64,000 nucleotides of DNA from contig CAVXEY010000005.1 of the NCBI GenBank assembly GCA_963760885.1, positions 8,641-72,640 of the forward strand, written 5' to 3'. The DNA is from an uncultured delta proteobacterium (lineage in GTDB: Bacteria > Desulfobacterota > Deferrimicrobia > Deferrimicrobiales > Deferrimicrobiaceae). Below the pieces are notes generated by a model. That model had not been told where the DNA came from, ran no database searches, and saw nothing but the letters and a program-made list of their open reading frames with translations. Each line of letters opens with the position of its first letter. The first letter of the stretch is position 1. A program made the position numbers and the translations under genes. Of this stretch, positions 1 to 9,469 are shown one piece after another.

Positions 1-953
1 GGAACCTCAACGTCTACGTCCCCGAGCGGGAGGTGGAGATCCTCCGGCGCCTGACCTCCGTGAACCAGGGGCCGTTTCCCAACGAGGGGTTGAAGGCGAT
101 CTACCGTGAGATCATCTCCGCGTCCGTCTCCCTCGAAAAGCCGCTCTCCGTGGCGTTCCTGGGCCCCAAGGCCACCTTCACCCACCTCGCGTGCCTGAAG
201 CATTTCGGCGAGAGCGCCGAGTACGTTCCCCAGATCAACCTTTCCGGGGTGTTCGACGCGGTGAATCGGAACGCGGCCGACTTCGGGGTAGTGCCGATCG
301 AGAACAGCAGCGAGGGGATCGTCAGCAACACCCTCGACATGTTCGTCGACCACAACCTGCTCATCTGCGGGGAGATCCTCGTCGAGGTGGCGCACGACCT
401 CCTGAACGTCACGGGCGACATCGACCACGTGAAGAAGGTCTTCTCCCACCCGCATGCCATCGCCCAGTGCCGGGGCTGGCTCGAGCGGAACCTTCGCGAG
501 GTACCCGTCTTCGACGTCGAGAGCACGGCGCGCGCCGCGGAGCTCGCGGCGGACGACCCGGCGGCGGCGGCGATCGCCGGGGAGGCGGCATCCAAGATCT
601 ATGGCCTGAAGGCGATCCGGAAGCGGATCCAGGACAACACGAACAACTTCACCCGGTTCATCATCCTCGGGAAGCAGGCGTCGGCGCCGACGGGGGACGA
701 CAAGACCTCGATCCTCTTTTCCGGGCGGGACGAGGTCGGGGCGCTCTACCTGATGCTGCAGCCGTTCGCGAAGAACAACGTGAACCTGACCAAGATCGAG
801 TCGCGGCCGGTCAAGACGAAGGCGTGGGAGTACCTCTTCTTCCTCGACATGTCGGGCCATCTCACCGACCCGCCCATCGCGCAGGCGCTCGTGGACCTCA
901 AGGAGCGGGCCCAGTTCATCAAGGTCCTCGGCTCCTACCCCCGGGCCATCTGA
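1..953 (+). CDS. pheA: chorismate mutase/prephenate dehydratase (P-protein), 5' end outside window
   Basis: Frame is open from the window edge; the listed ORF 33..953 only starts at an internal GTG. PDT motifs FLGPKATFTH, IENSSEGIV, TRFIILG, then an ACT domain (TSILF...NLTKIESRP). Confidence 0.9.
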   Translation, partial: NLNVYVPEREVEILRRLTSVNQGPFPNEGLKAIYREIISASVSLEKPLSVAFLGPKATFTHLACLKHFGESAEYVPQINLSGVFDAVNRNAADFGVVPIENSSEGIVSNTLDMFVDHNLLICGEILVEVAHDLLNVTGDIDHVKKVFSHPHAIAQCRGWLERNLREVPVFDVESTARAAELAADDPAAAAIAGEAASKIYGLKAIRKRIQDNTNNFTRFIILGKQASAPTGDDKTSILFSGRDEVGALYLMLQPFAKNNVNLTKIESRPVKTKAWEYLFFLDMSGHLTDPPIAQALVDLKERAQFIKVLGSYPRAI

Positions 954-1037
954 CGCTTAGGCGGAGCAGTCGGTAACAATATCGTTCAAGATGCGTGAGC
1001 ACTTGAACGAACACAAGACAGCGAAAGGAACACGCAC

Positions 1038-2051
1038 ATGATCATCGTACTGCGCGCCGGCGCGACCGACGAGGACGTCCGGCATATCGAAGAGGCAATC
1101 AAGGGGAAGGGGCTGACCGCGCACATCTCGCGCGGGGTGGAGCGCACGATCATCGGGGCGATCGGCGACGAGCGGAATCTCGACCCGGACGCGTTCGAGG
1201 GATTGCCGGTCGTCGAGAAGGTGCTGCGGATCCTCGTCCCGTTCAAGCTCGTCAGCCGGGAATTCCGGAAAGAGGACACCGTCATCACGGTGAACGGGAA
1301 GACGGTGGGGGGAAAGACCCTCGCCCTGTTCGCCGGTCCCTGCTCGGTCGAAGGGCGCGACATGATGCTGGGGCTCGGGGAACGCGTCGCCTCCGCGGGG
1401 GCCACGTTCCTCCGCGGCGGCGCGTTCAAGCCGCGCACCTCCCCGTACGCCTTCCAGGGATTGGGGGAGGAGGGGTTGAGATACCTCGCGGAGGCCCGCG
1501 AACGGACCGGCCTGCCCGTGGCCACGGAGCTGATGGACCCGCGGGACATCGAACTCGTCGCGCGGTACGCCGACGTCATCCAGATCGGGGCGCGGAACAT
1601 GCAGAACTTCCGCCTCCTGACGGAGGTCGGGAGGCTCGACAAGCCGGTGATCCTCAAGCGCGGGATGAGCGCGACGATCCAGGAGTGGCTCATGTCGGCG
1701 GAGTACATCGCCTCCGAGGGGAACCAGAAGATCATCCTGTGCGAGCGGGGGATCCGGACGTACGAGACGGCCACCCGGAACACCTTCGACGTCTCCTCGA
1801 TCCCGGTGGTGAAGTCCCTCTCCCACCTTCCCGTGATCGCCGACCCCAGCCACGCCGCCGGGAAGGTGACCCTGGTGGAGCCGCTCGCCGCGGCCGCGAT
1901 CGCCGCGGGGGCGGACGGCCTGATGATCGAGGTCCACCACCAGCCGGAGAAGGCGCTCTCCGACGGTCCCCAGTCGCTTCGGCCGGACGCGTTCCTGCAG
2001 ATGATCGGGCGGCTTCGGAAGGTGGCCGAGGCGGTGGGGAGGTCGTTGTAG
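1038..2051 (+). CDS. aroF: 3-deoxy-7-phosphoheptulonate (DAHP) synthase, type I-beta with N-terminal ferredoxin-like domain
   Basis: 337 aa. Motifs [26 protein letters not shown]. Sits in an aromatic amino-acid operon. Confidence 0.85.
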   Translation: MIIVLRAGATDEDVRHIEEAIKGKGLTAHISRGVERTIIGAIGDERNLDPDAFEGLPVVEKVLRILVPFKLVSREFRKEDTVITVNGKTVGGKTLALFAGPCSVEGRDMMLGLGERVASAGATFLRGGAFKPRTSPYAFQGLGEEGLRYLAEARERTGLPVATELMDPRDIELVARYADVIQIGARNMQNFRLLTEVGRLDKPVILKRGMSATIQEWLMSAEYIASEGNQKIILCERGIRTYETATRNTFDVSSIPVVKSLSHLPVIADPSHAAGKVTLVEPLAAAAIAAGADGLMIEVHHQPEKALSDGPQSLRPDAFLQMIGRLRKVAEAVGRSL

Positions 2052-2055
2052 CGTC

Positions 2056-2910
2056 GTGGCGCGGGAACGGGTAGGCATCCTCGGCCTCGGGCTGATCGGC
2101 GGTTCCCTGGCGCTGGCCCTGAGAGGGAAACGCGGCGCTCCCGAGGTGTGGGGGTGCGACCGAAGGAAGGAGACCGTCCGCCAGGCGCTATCCGCAGGCG
2201 CGATCGCGCGCGGCTGCACCGAGGCGCAGCTTTCCGCGTGCGACGTGGTGGTCGTGTGCGTCCCGGTCCGCAGTGAAGCGGAGGCGATCCGGCGTCTCGG
2301 TCCGCGATTGCGGCCGGGGACGGTTCTCACGGACGCGGGAAGCGTGAAGTCCGGGATCGTCCGGGAAGGGGAGCGCGCCGCGGCAAGGGGGGCCTTCTTC
2401 GTCGGCGGCCACCCGATCGCGGGGACGGAAGCTTCGGGATTCTCCGCCGCCGACCCGGACCTTTTCCGGGGGCGCTCGTTCATCGTCACCCCCACCCCCC
2501 GGACCGACGCGGGCGCCGTTCTCCGCGTGGAGCGGATCTGGAAACGCGCCGGCTCCGCGGTCCTGCTCCGGATGGATCCGAAGGTTCACGACCACGTCTT
2601 CGCGTACGTCTCCCATCTTCCGCACGCGGTGGCGTACGCCCTCGTCCACTCCGTCGCGACCCTGCCTTCCAAGGTTCCGCTCGGCTACTCCGCGGGGGGG
2701 TTCCGGGACTTTACCCGGATCGCGTCGAGCAACCCGGAAATGTGGAAGGACATCGTGCTCGAGAACCGGGCCGAGATCCTTCGGGCGCTCTCGCACTATC
2801 GTCGGAATCTCGCCCTCCTCGAGCGCCGGATCGCCTTGGGCGACGCGGACGGACTCCTCGAATATTTCGGGCGCGCGAAGAGGACGCGGGACGGGCTGCT
2901 GTCGTCATGA
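2056..2910 (+). CDS. tyrA: prephenate dehydrogenase
   Basis: GTG start. Rossmann motif GLGLIGGS, motif GGHPIAGTE. Operon context. Confidence 0.85.
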   Translation: MARERVGILGLGLIGGSLALALRGKRGAPEVWGCDRRKETVRQALSAGAIARGCTEAQLSACDVVVVCVPVRSEAEAIRRLGPRLRPGTVLTDAGSVKSGIVREGERAAARGAFFVGGHPIAGTEASGFSAADPDLFRGRSFIVTPTPRTDAGAVLRVERIWKRAGSAVLLRMDPKVHDHVFAYVSHLPHAVAYALVHSVATLPSKVPLGYSAGGFRDFTRIASSNPEMWKDIVLENRAEILRALSHYRRNLALLERRIALGDADGLLEYFGRAKRTRDGLLSS

Positions 2911-4183
2911 GCGGGAAAACGGTCGTCCGCGGAGAGATTTCCGTACCCGGCGACAAGTCGATCAGCCACCGGGCCGTGATGTTTCCCGTCCTCGCGACGG
3001 GGGTGAGCCGAATCAGCGGGTTTCTCCACGCCGCGGATACGCTGTCCACCGCCGGAATGATGCGGGCCCTCGGCGCCCGGATCGAGGTGGTTTCGCCCAA
3101 CGAGCTGCGGATCGAGGGACGGGGGCTCCGCGGCCTTGTCGAACCCACCGACGTGATCGACGCGGGAAACTCGGGCACGACGATCCGGATCGGGTCGGGA
3201 ATCCTGGCCGCCCAGCCGTTCCTGTCGGTGATCACGGGGGATCGGTACCTTCGCCGCCGCCCGATGGGCCGCGTGATCGACCCCCTGACACGGATGGGGG
3301 CGACGATCCTCGGGCGGGACGGGAACCGACTCCCGCCCCTGTGCATCCGCGGCGGGGCGCTCCGCGGGATCCGGTACGAAATGCCGGTGGCTTCCGCGCA
3401 GGTGAAGTCGTCCCTGCTGCTCGCCGGGCTGTACGCCGACTCCCCGGTCACGGTGGTGGAGCCGATGCGGTCGCGCGACCACACCGAGCGGATGCTGGAG
3501 GCGATGGGAGTCCGGGTCGCCCGGGACGGGAACACGGTCACCGTGGTCCCTTGCGAGCGCCTCGATCCGCTGGAGATGACGGTTCCGGGCGACCTCTCCT
3601 CGGCCGCCTTCTTCCTCGTCCTTGCCGCCGTGACCCCGGGATCGTCGCTCCTCGTCCGCGGCGTGGGGGTGAACCCGTTCCGCACGGGAATCCTCGACGT
3701 GCTCCGCGGGATGGGGGCCGACATCCGTCAGATCGGGGAGCGGGTGGAGGGGGGGAGCCGGTGGCGGACCTGCTCGTTCGAGGCGCGGAGCTCGTGGCCG
3801 CGCGCGTGGGTCCGGAAGAGATCCCCGGCCTGATCGACGAAGTTCCGATCCTCTGCGTCGCGGCGGCCTTCGCTGCCGGCCGCACGGAGATCCGCGGCGC
3901 GGAAGAGCTTCGCGTAAAGGAGTCGGATCGGATCGCGTCGATGGTCGACTGCCTCTCTTCGCTCGGAATTTCCTGCGGGGAATACCCGGACGGGTTGTGG
4001 GTGGAAGGACCGGGCGTGGTGTCCCCTTCCGGTCCGTGCGACAGCCGGGGGGACCACCGGATCGCGATGTCGCTGCGGATTCTCGGCGCGGCGGCGCGGG
4101 TTCGGGTCGAGGTGACGGACGCAGGTTGCATCGATACTTCCTTCCCCGGGTTTCAACCGTTGCTTGAAGGATTGGCCCGATGA
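2907..4183 (+). CDS. aroA: 3-phosphoshikimate 1-carboxyvinyltransferase (EPSP synthase), reading frame interrupted at a G7 tract (3749-3755)
   Basis: N-terminal part (VPGDKSISHRA, DAGNSGTTIR) is in the frame of ORF 2742..3833. C-terminal part (ELRVKESDRI, GDHRIAMS) is in the frame of ORF 3341..4183. The ATG at 2907 overlaps the tyrA stop. Confidence 0.85.
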
Positions 4184-4851
4184 GGAGCCGTCCGGTCGTC
4201 ACGATCGACGGGCCCTCCGGGGCGGGGAAAACCTCGGTATCGAAACGGCTCGCGGAAGCCGCCGGGATGATCCGCGTCGACACGGGCGCGATGTACCGGG
4301 CCGTCGCCCTCGCGGCCCGAAGCAAAGGAATCCCCTGGGGCGACCCGGTCCGTCTCGGAGAGGTGGCCCGGGAACTGGACGTTTCGTTCCGGACCGTCGC
4401 GGGGGCGCAGCGTGTCTTCCTGTCGGGAGAGGACGTGAGCATTGCCATCCGCGAGCCGGAGATGAGCATGGGGGCCTCCGCGGTCTCCGCCCACGGCCCG
4501 GTCCGCGAGGCGCTGGTGGCGAAGCAGCGGGAGATGGCGCGGGACGGGGGCGTCGTCCTCGAGGGGCGGGACATCGGCACGGTCGTCTTCCCCGACGCGG
4601 AGGCGAAGTTCTTCCTCGACGCCGCGGCCGCCGTGCGTGCCCGGCGGCGCCAGCTCCAGATTTCCGCCCCCGGCGCCCAGTCGTTCGAGGAGGTCCTGCG
4701 CGACGTCCTCCGGCGCGACGTGCAGGACAGCACTCGGGAGCACTCCCCCCTGCGGGTGGCCGACGACGCGGTGTACATCGACTCGACGACGATGACGGTC
4801 GACGAGGTCGTGGGGGAGATGCTCCGACGCCTCCCCGGGGTCCCGCGGTGA
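4180..4851 (+). CDS. cmk: cytidylate kinase
   Basis: P-loop IDGPSGAGKTS. ATGA overlap with the aroA stop. Confidence 0.9.
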   Translation: MRSRPVVTIDGPSGAGKTSVSKRLAEAAGMIRVDTGAMYRAVALAARSKGIPWGDPVRLGEVARELDVSFRTVAGAQRVFLSGEDVSIAIREPEMSMGASAVSAHGPVREALVAKQREMARDGGVVLEGRDIGTVVFPDAEAKFFLDAAAAVRARRRQLQISAPGAQSFEEVLRDVLRRDVQDSTREHSPLRVADDAVYIDSTTMTVDEVVGEMLRRLPGVPR

Positions 4852-5741
4852 CGAAGAAAGTCCTGATCGCCCGGAGCGCGGGCTTCTGCTTCGGCGTGAA
4901 GCGCGCCATCGCGATCGCCGACGAGACGGCCGGGAAGCGGGCGGCGGGCGGCGGGAAGGAGGCCCCGATCCAGTCGCTCGGCCCGATCATCCACAACCCG
5001 CAGGCGGTGGAGCGGCTGCAGGAGAAGGGCGTGCGCGTCGTCGACACGGTCGACGAGATCACCTGCGGGAAAGTGATCATCCGCTCCCACGGGGTGACCC
5101 GCTCCGACCGGGCGGCGCTGGAGGGGAAAGGGGTCACGATCGTCGACGCCACCTGCCCCTTCGTGACGAAGGCCCAGGAGCACGCCAGGACCTTGAGCCG
5201 GGACGGGTACGCCGTCGTCGTCGTGGGGGACCCGAACCACCCGGAGGTGAAAAGCATCATCAGTTACATCGAGAAGGGCGTTTCCGTCTTCACCTCGATC
5301 GCGGAACTCTCGGCTGCGAAAGGGGTTCGCAAGGCGGGGATCGTCGCCCAGACGACGCAGTCGTTCGACAACCTCATGTCGTTCGTCGCCGCCGCGATGA
5401 AGCGGTTCCCCGAAGTCCGGGTCTTCAACACGATCTGCAACGCCACCGCCCTGCGGCAGCAGGAGTCGACCGGCCTCGCGGGAATGGCCGACGTGATGTT
5501 CATCCTCGGCGGGTACAACAGCGCGAACACGCGCCGCCTGGCGGAGATCTGCAAGGCGATCAACCCACGGACCCACCACATCGAGACGGATGGGGAGTTG
5601 ACGCACTCGATGATCGAGGGAGCGTCGGTGGCCGGGGTGACCGCCGGGGCGTCGACCCCCCAGTGGATCATCTCCGGGTTCCTCGAGCGCCTGAAGGAGC
5701 TGTGGAAGTGCGACGAAATTGAGGTATCCTTTTACCGGTAA
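4848..5741 (+). CDS. ispH: 4-hydroxy-3-methylbut-2-enyl diphosphate reductase
   Basis: GTG at 4848 overlaps the cmk stop. LytB motifs GFCFGVKRAI, IIHNP, DATCPFV, NSANTRRL. The N-terminal part of listed ORF 4164..5741 is out-of-frame cmk. Confidence 0.9.
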   Translation: MTKKVLIARSAGFCFGVKRAIAIADETAGKRAAGGGKEAPIQSLGPIIHNPQAVERLQEKGVRVVDTVDEITCGKVIIRSHGVTRSDRAALEGKGVTIVDATCPFVTKAQEHARTLSRDGYAVVVVGDPNHPEVKSIISYIEKGVSVFTSIAELSAAKGVRKAGIVAQTTQSFDNLMSFVAAAMKRFPEVRVFNTICNATALRQQESTGLAGMADVMFILGGYNSANTRRLAEICKAINPRTHHIETDGELTHSMIEGASVAGVTAGASTPQWIISGFLERLKELWKCDEIEVSFYR

Positions 5742-5792
5742 CGAGTTACGGTGTATAGTATATAATTCGGAAATCAAACACAGGAGCGCGGA

Positions 5793-7556
5793 ATGGACAA
5801 CAACAAACCTGAACCAACGGACCTTCCCGGGGAGAGCGACCCGGAATCTCCCTCCACCGGCGCACCGGCCGGGGAGGAGGATTTCGCGCGGATGTTCGCG
5901 GCCAGTCTCCAGTCCACCGGGGAAGGGCAGGTCATCCACGGCAAGGTCATCAAGGTGCTCAAGGATTTCGTCGCCGTCGACATCAACAAGAAATCCGAGG
6001 GGATGCTTCCACTCGAGGACATCCCGGAGGAGGAGCGCGGAGCGCTGAACCCGGGCGACCCGATCGAGGTTATGACCGAGGGGTACGACGCGTCCCTCGG
6101 ATCCATCCGCCTCTCCCGTTCGAAGGTGATGAAGATCCGGGTGTGGGACGACCTGCAGAAGGCGTTCGACGACGGCACGCCGGTCCAGGGGGCGATCGTC
6201 GCCAAGGTGAAGGGCGGCTACACCGTGGACATCGGGGTGAAGGCGTTCCTCCCCGGCAGCCAGGTGGATCTCCGGCCGGTGCGGGACACCGACCCGGTGA
6301 TCGGCATCTCCGGGAAGTTCAAAATCCTGAAGTTCTCCCGCAAGAAGGCGAACGTGGTCGTCTCCCGCCGCTCGTTCATGGAGGAGGAGCGCGAGGTCCA
6401 GCGTTCCGGGCTCCTCGACAATATCAAGGAGGGGGACGTCGTCGAGGCGCGGGTGAAGAACATCACGGACTACGGCGTTTTCATGGATCTCGGGGGGCTC
6501 GACGGCCTGATGCACGTGACCGACATGAGCTACGGGAAAGTGGGGCACCCCTCCGACCTGTGCCAGGTGGGCGAGCTTTACAAGGTGAGGGTCATCCGCT
6601 TCGACCGGGAGCGCGGCCGAATCTCCCTGGGCCTCAAGCAGACGAAATCGGATCCGTGGCTCGATCTCGACGCGAAGTACCAGCCGGGGATGCGCGTCCA
6701 CGGGAAAGTCACCAACACCACGAAATACGGCGCGTTCATCGAGATCGAAGAGGGAGTCGAGGGGCTGCTCCACATCTCCGAGATGTCGTGGAGCAAGCGG
6801 CTGAAGGACCCGTCCGAGGTGATGAAGGGGGGCGACGCGGTCGAGGTGGTCGTCCTCAAGGTCGACAAGGCGAACAAGAAGATCTCCCTCGGGTACAGGC
6901 AGCTCCTCCCGAACCCGTGGGACGAACTCCGCGTGCGGCACCCCGAAGGCTCGATTCTCGAGGGCGTGGTGAAAAACGTGGCCGACTTCGGCGTCTTCGT
7001 CGACGTCGGTGAGGACATCGACGGCCTGGTCCACGTCTCCGACCTTTCCTGGAACACGCGGGTGAAGAACCCGTCCGAGCTGTTCAAGAAGGGGGACCAC
7101 GTCCGGGCCAAGGTCCTCAAGATCGACCCCGACGCGCAGAAATTCTCCCTCGGCATCAAGCAGCTCGCGGAGGACCCGTGGGCGGGGGTCGAGAAGCGGT
7201 TCAAGAAGGGCGACGTCATCACGGGGAAGGTGACCCGCGTGGCCGACTTCGGGGCGTTCGTCGAGATCGCCGACGGGATCGAGGGGCTGGTCCACGTCTC
7301 CGAGATCTCCCGGGAGAAGATCGAAAGCCCGGCGGCGGTGCTCAAGGTCGGCGACGAGGTCGGCGCGGTCGTCCTCGGCGTGGACCGGTCGAACAAGAAG
7401 GTCTCCCTCAGCATCCGTGGACACGCCGACGAGCTCGACCGGAAGAACATGGAATCGTACCTCGGGAAACAGGCCGACACCCCGAACGAGAACATCGGAG
7501 CCCTGGGCGAGGCGCTCCTGGCCAAGTTCAAGGCCAACGAAGAGAATAATTCCTGA
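5793..7556 (+). CDS. rpsA: 30S ribosomal protein S1
   Basis: 587 aa with six S1/OB repeats (G.V..V.DFG.FV....GL.H.S pattern). Confidence 0.95.
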   Translation: MDNNKPEPTDLPGESDPESPSTGAPAGEEDFARMFAASLQSTGEGQVIHGKVIKVLKDFVAVDINKKSEGMLPLEDIPEEERGALNPGDPIEVMTEGYDASLGSIRLSRSKVMKIRVWDDLQKAFDDGTPVQGAIVAKVKGGYTVDIGVKAFLPGSQVDLRPVRDTDPVIGISGKFKILKFSRKKANVVVSRRSFMEEEREVQRSGLLDNIKEGDVVEARVKNITDYGVFMDLGGLDGLMHVTDMSYGKVGHPSDLCQVGELYKVRVIRFDRERGRISLGLKQTKSDPWLDLDAKYQPGMRVHGKVTNTTKYGAFIEIEEGVEGLLHISEMSWSKRLKDPSEVMKGGDAVEVVVLKVDKANKKISLGYRQLLPNPWDELRVRHPEGSILEGVVKNVADFGVFVDVGEDIDGLVHVSDLSWNTRVKNPSELFKKGDHVRAKVLKIDPDAQKFSLGIKQLAEDPWAGVEKRFKKGDVITGKVTRVADFGAFVEIADGIEGLVHVSEISREKIESPAAVLKVGDEVGAVVLGVDRSNKKVSLSIRGHADELDRKNMESYLGKQADTPNENIGALGEALLAKFKANEENNS

Positions 7557-7562
7557 TCCCCC

Positions 7563-8462
7563 ATGGCTGAAACCTATCTCTCCACACCCGTGCGCCGGAA
7601 ACCGTTCCTGCGCGGGTGTCTCACCGTGCTGCTGGTCCTCGGGGGATTCTTCGTCCTCCTGCTGATCGTCTCGCGTATGGACGACCTTCCCTTTGCCCGG
7701 AGGGAAAAGGTGGGAGTCATCGCGGTCTCCGGCCTGATCTCCGACTCCGAGCCGACGATCGATCAGCTGAAGAAGTTCGTCAAGGACGACTCGGTCAAGG
7801 CGATCGTCCTCCGGATCAACTCCCCCGGAGGCGGGGTGGCCCCGTCGCAGGAGATCTACGAGGAAGTGAAAAAGGCGCGGGCGAAAAAACCGATCCTCGC
7901 CAGCATGGGGGCGCTGGCGGCGTCCGGCGGCTACTACATCGCCTGCGCGACCCAGAAGGTATACGCGAATCCCGGGACGATCACCGGCTCCATCGGCGTC
8001 ATCATGCCGTTCATGAACGTGAAGGACCTGGTGGAGAAGATCGGCATCAAGGGGATGACGGTGAAAAGCGGCGTCTTCAAGGATATGGGCTCCCCCCTGC
8101 GCGACATGACGCCCCGGGAGCGGGAGCTTCTCCAGGGGGTGGTCGACAACGTCCACCTGCAGTTCGTCAACGCCGTGGCGGACGGCCGGAACCTCGACCG
8201 GGAAGATGTCCTCCGGATCGCCGACGGACGGATCTTCACCGGGGAGCAGGCCAAGGGGCTGGGGCTGGTCGACGTCCTCGGGAACCTGGAGGATGCGGTC
8301 TCCGATGCGGGGAAGCTCGGGAAGATCTCCGGAGAGCCGAAGGTCGTGACTTCCCAGCGGAAGAAGTTCTCCATCCTCGAACTGCTCCGGGAGGAGACCC
8401 GCAGCCTGATCGACGAGAAGATCACCGGAAACCATCTGCAACTGGATTTACTCGCCCAATAA
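7563..8462 (+). CDS. sppA: signal peptide peptidase SppA, 36K type
   Basis: N-terminal TM segment. Motifs INSPGG, AASGGYYIA, TGSIGV. Confidence 0.85.
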   Translation: MAETYLSTPVRRKPFLRGCLTVLLVLGGFFVLLLIVSRMDDLPFARREKVGVIAVSGLISDSEPTIDQLKKFVKDDSVKAIVLRINSPGGGVAPSQEIYEEVKKARAKKPILASMGALAASGGYYIACATQKVYANPGTITGSIGVIMPFMNVKDLVEKIGIKGMTVKSGVFKDMGSPLRDMTPRERELLQGVVDNVHLQFVNAVADGRNLDREDVLRIADGRIFTGEQAKGLGLVDVLGNLEDAVSDAGKLGKISGEPKVVTSQRKKFSILELLREETRSLIDEKITGNHLQLDLLAQ

Positions 8463-8483
8463 ATCTCTCGGGGGGAACCTGGA

Positions 8484-8762
8484 ATGACGAAGAGCGACCT
8501 GGTGGAGAAGCTGTCCGAGTCACTTACGAGCCTGACCAAGAAGGAGTGCGAGGTCATCGTCGACACCGTATTCCTCAACATGAAGGACGCCCTCCACCGC
8601 GGCGAAAAGATAGAAATCCGGGGGTTCGGGAGCTTCACCGTACGGACCCGCCGGGCGAAGGAGGGACGCAACCCGAAGACGGGCGAGAAGGTCGCCATTC
8701 CCGAGAAGCGGATCCCCTTCTTCAAGGTCGGCAAGGAACTGCGGGAAATGGTCAACGGCTGA
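8484..8762 (+). CDS. ihfB: integration host factor beta subunit (HU/IHF family)
   Basis: 92 aa. IEIRGFGSF...GRNPKTGEKV. rpsA-ihfB neighbourhood as in E. coli. Confidence 0.85.
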   Translation: MTKSDLVEKLSESLTSLTKKECEVIVDTVFLNMKDALHRGEKIEIRGFGSFTVRTRRAKEGRNPKTGEKVAIPEKRIPFFKVGKELREMVNG

Positions 8763-8777
8763 GACGGAGTGGTCCTT

Positions 8778-8922
8778 TTCGCAAATACGGCGTTGCACCA
8801 AGAGCGTCGATGCGCCGCGCCGGCAAGGCGCGCGACTGAGGCGTACTTTCAAGTACGGCGCAAGGAGCGCAACGCAGCAGGAGCGGATGCAGCGGCGCTC
8901 GAATGCAGCCGTATTTGCGAAA
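8778..8922 (+). repeat. 145-bp intergenic repeat element with ~13-bp terminal inverted repeats (copy 1)
   Basis: Near-identical to the reverse complement of 23608-23752. TIRs TTCGCAAATACGG / CCGTATTTGCGAA. Internal GC hairpins. Confidence 0.85.
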
Positions 8923-8934
8923 TGGGCCACTAGG

Positions 8935-9435
8935 GTGGACCGGATCTTCTCCCCGTGGCGGATGGAATACATCCACCGGGCGGACGAGGGCGGGGGGACG
9001 GCGGCGTGCGTTTTCTGTGTCCCCGATGGCGACCTCGAAGACCCGGAGCGCCTCCTGATCGGGCTGTATCCCGGCACCGTGGCGATCCTCAACCGATACC
9101 CTTACAACAACGGGCATGTGCTGATCGCACCCCGTCGACACGTGGCGAACCTGTGGGACCTCTCGAGCGAAGAGTTGCGCGAACTGTTCTCACTCGTTTC
9201 CATCGGATCACGGGTACTTGCGCAGGAATACCGAACCGAAGGGATGAATATCGGACTGAACCTGGGCAAGGCCGCCGGTGCGGGGATCGTGGACCACCTT
9301 CACGTCCACGTCGTTCCCCGCTGGGCGGGCGACACGAATTTCATGACCCCGGTCCAGGAAACCCGCGTTCTCCCCGAGTCGCTCCTCGAATCCCGTCGCC
9401 GTCTGTCGGCGGTCTTCGGCCCCTTGACGCCGTAG
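8935..9435 (+). CDS. HIT family hydrolase
   Basis: Histidine triad HLHVHVVPRW and conserved N-terminus IFSPWRMEYI. Start moved to GTG 8935 because the upstream part of ORF 8887.. lies in the repeat element. Confidence 0.8.
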   Translation: MDRIFSPWRMEYIHRADEGGGTAACVFCVPDGDLEDPERLLIGLYPGTVAILNRYPYNNGHVLIAPRRHVANLWDLSSEELRELFSLVSIGSRVLAQEYRTEGMNIGLNLGKAAGAGIVDHLHVHVVPRWAGDTNFMTPVQETRVLPESLLESRRRLSAVFGPLTP

Positions 9436-9469
9436 CCGGGCCCCGGGTCCCCCCCGTTCCCCATCCCCG

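Noticed and set aside
984-1008. 7-bp stem hairpin GTTCAAG-N11-CTTGAAC between pheA and aroF, considered as an attenuator or terminator.
   Set aside because: It has no U-run and no leader peptide or T-box/riboswitch features that I can see. It is probably an ordinary intergenic hairpin.
5750-5770. TATAGT/TATAAT strings upstream of rpsA, considered as a promoter.
   Set aside because: A -10-like hexamer (TATAAT 5761-5766) is present, but I could not pair it with a convincing -35 at 16-18 nt. Left unannotated.
2796-8441. 1881-aa ORF on the - strand, plus similar giant or long alternative-frame ORFs (957..2495 -, 9341..12061 -, 11587..13332 -, 12231..14894 +, 13360..16278 -, 17375..19018 -, 19805..22066 -, 21864..23129 -).
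   Set aside because: They overlap well-supported housekeeping genes. Their products are Arg/Pro/Gly/Asp-rich low-complexity sequence typical of stop-poor frames in high-GC DNA. No motifs were recognised.
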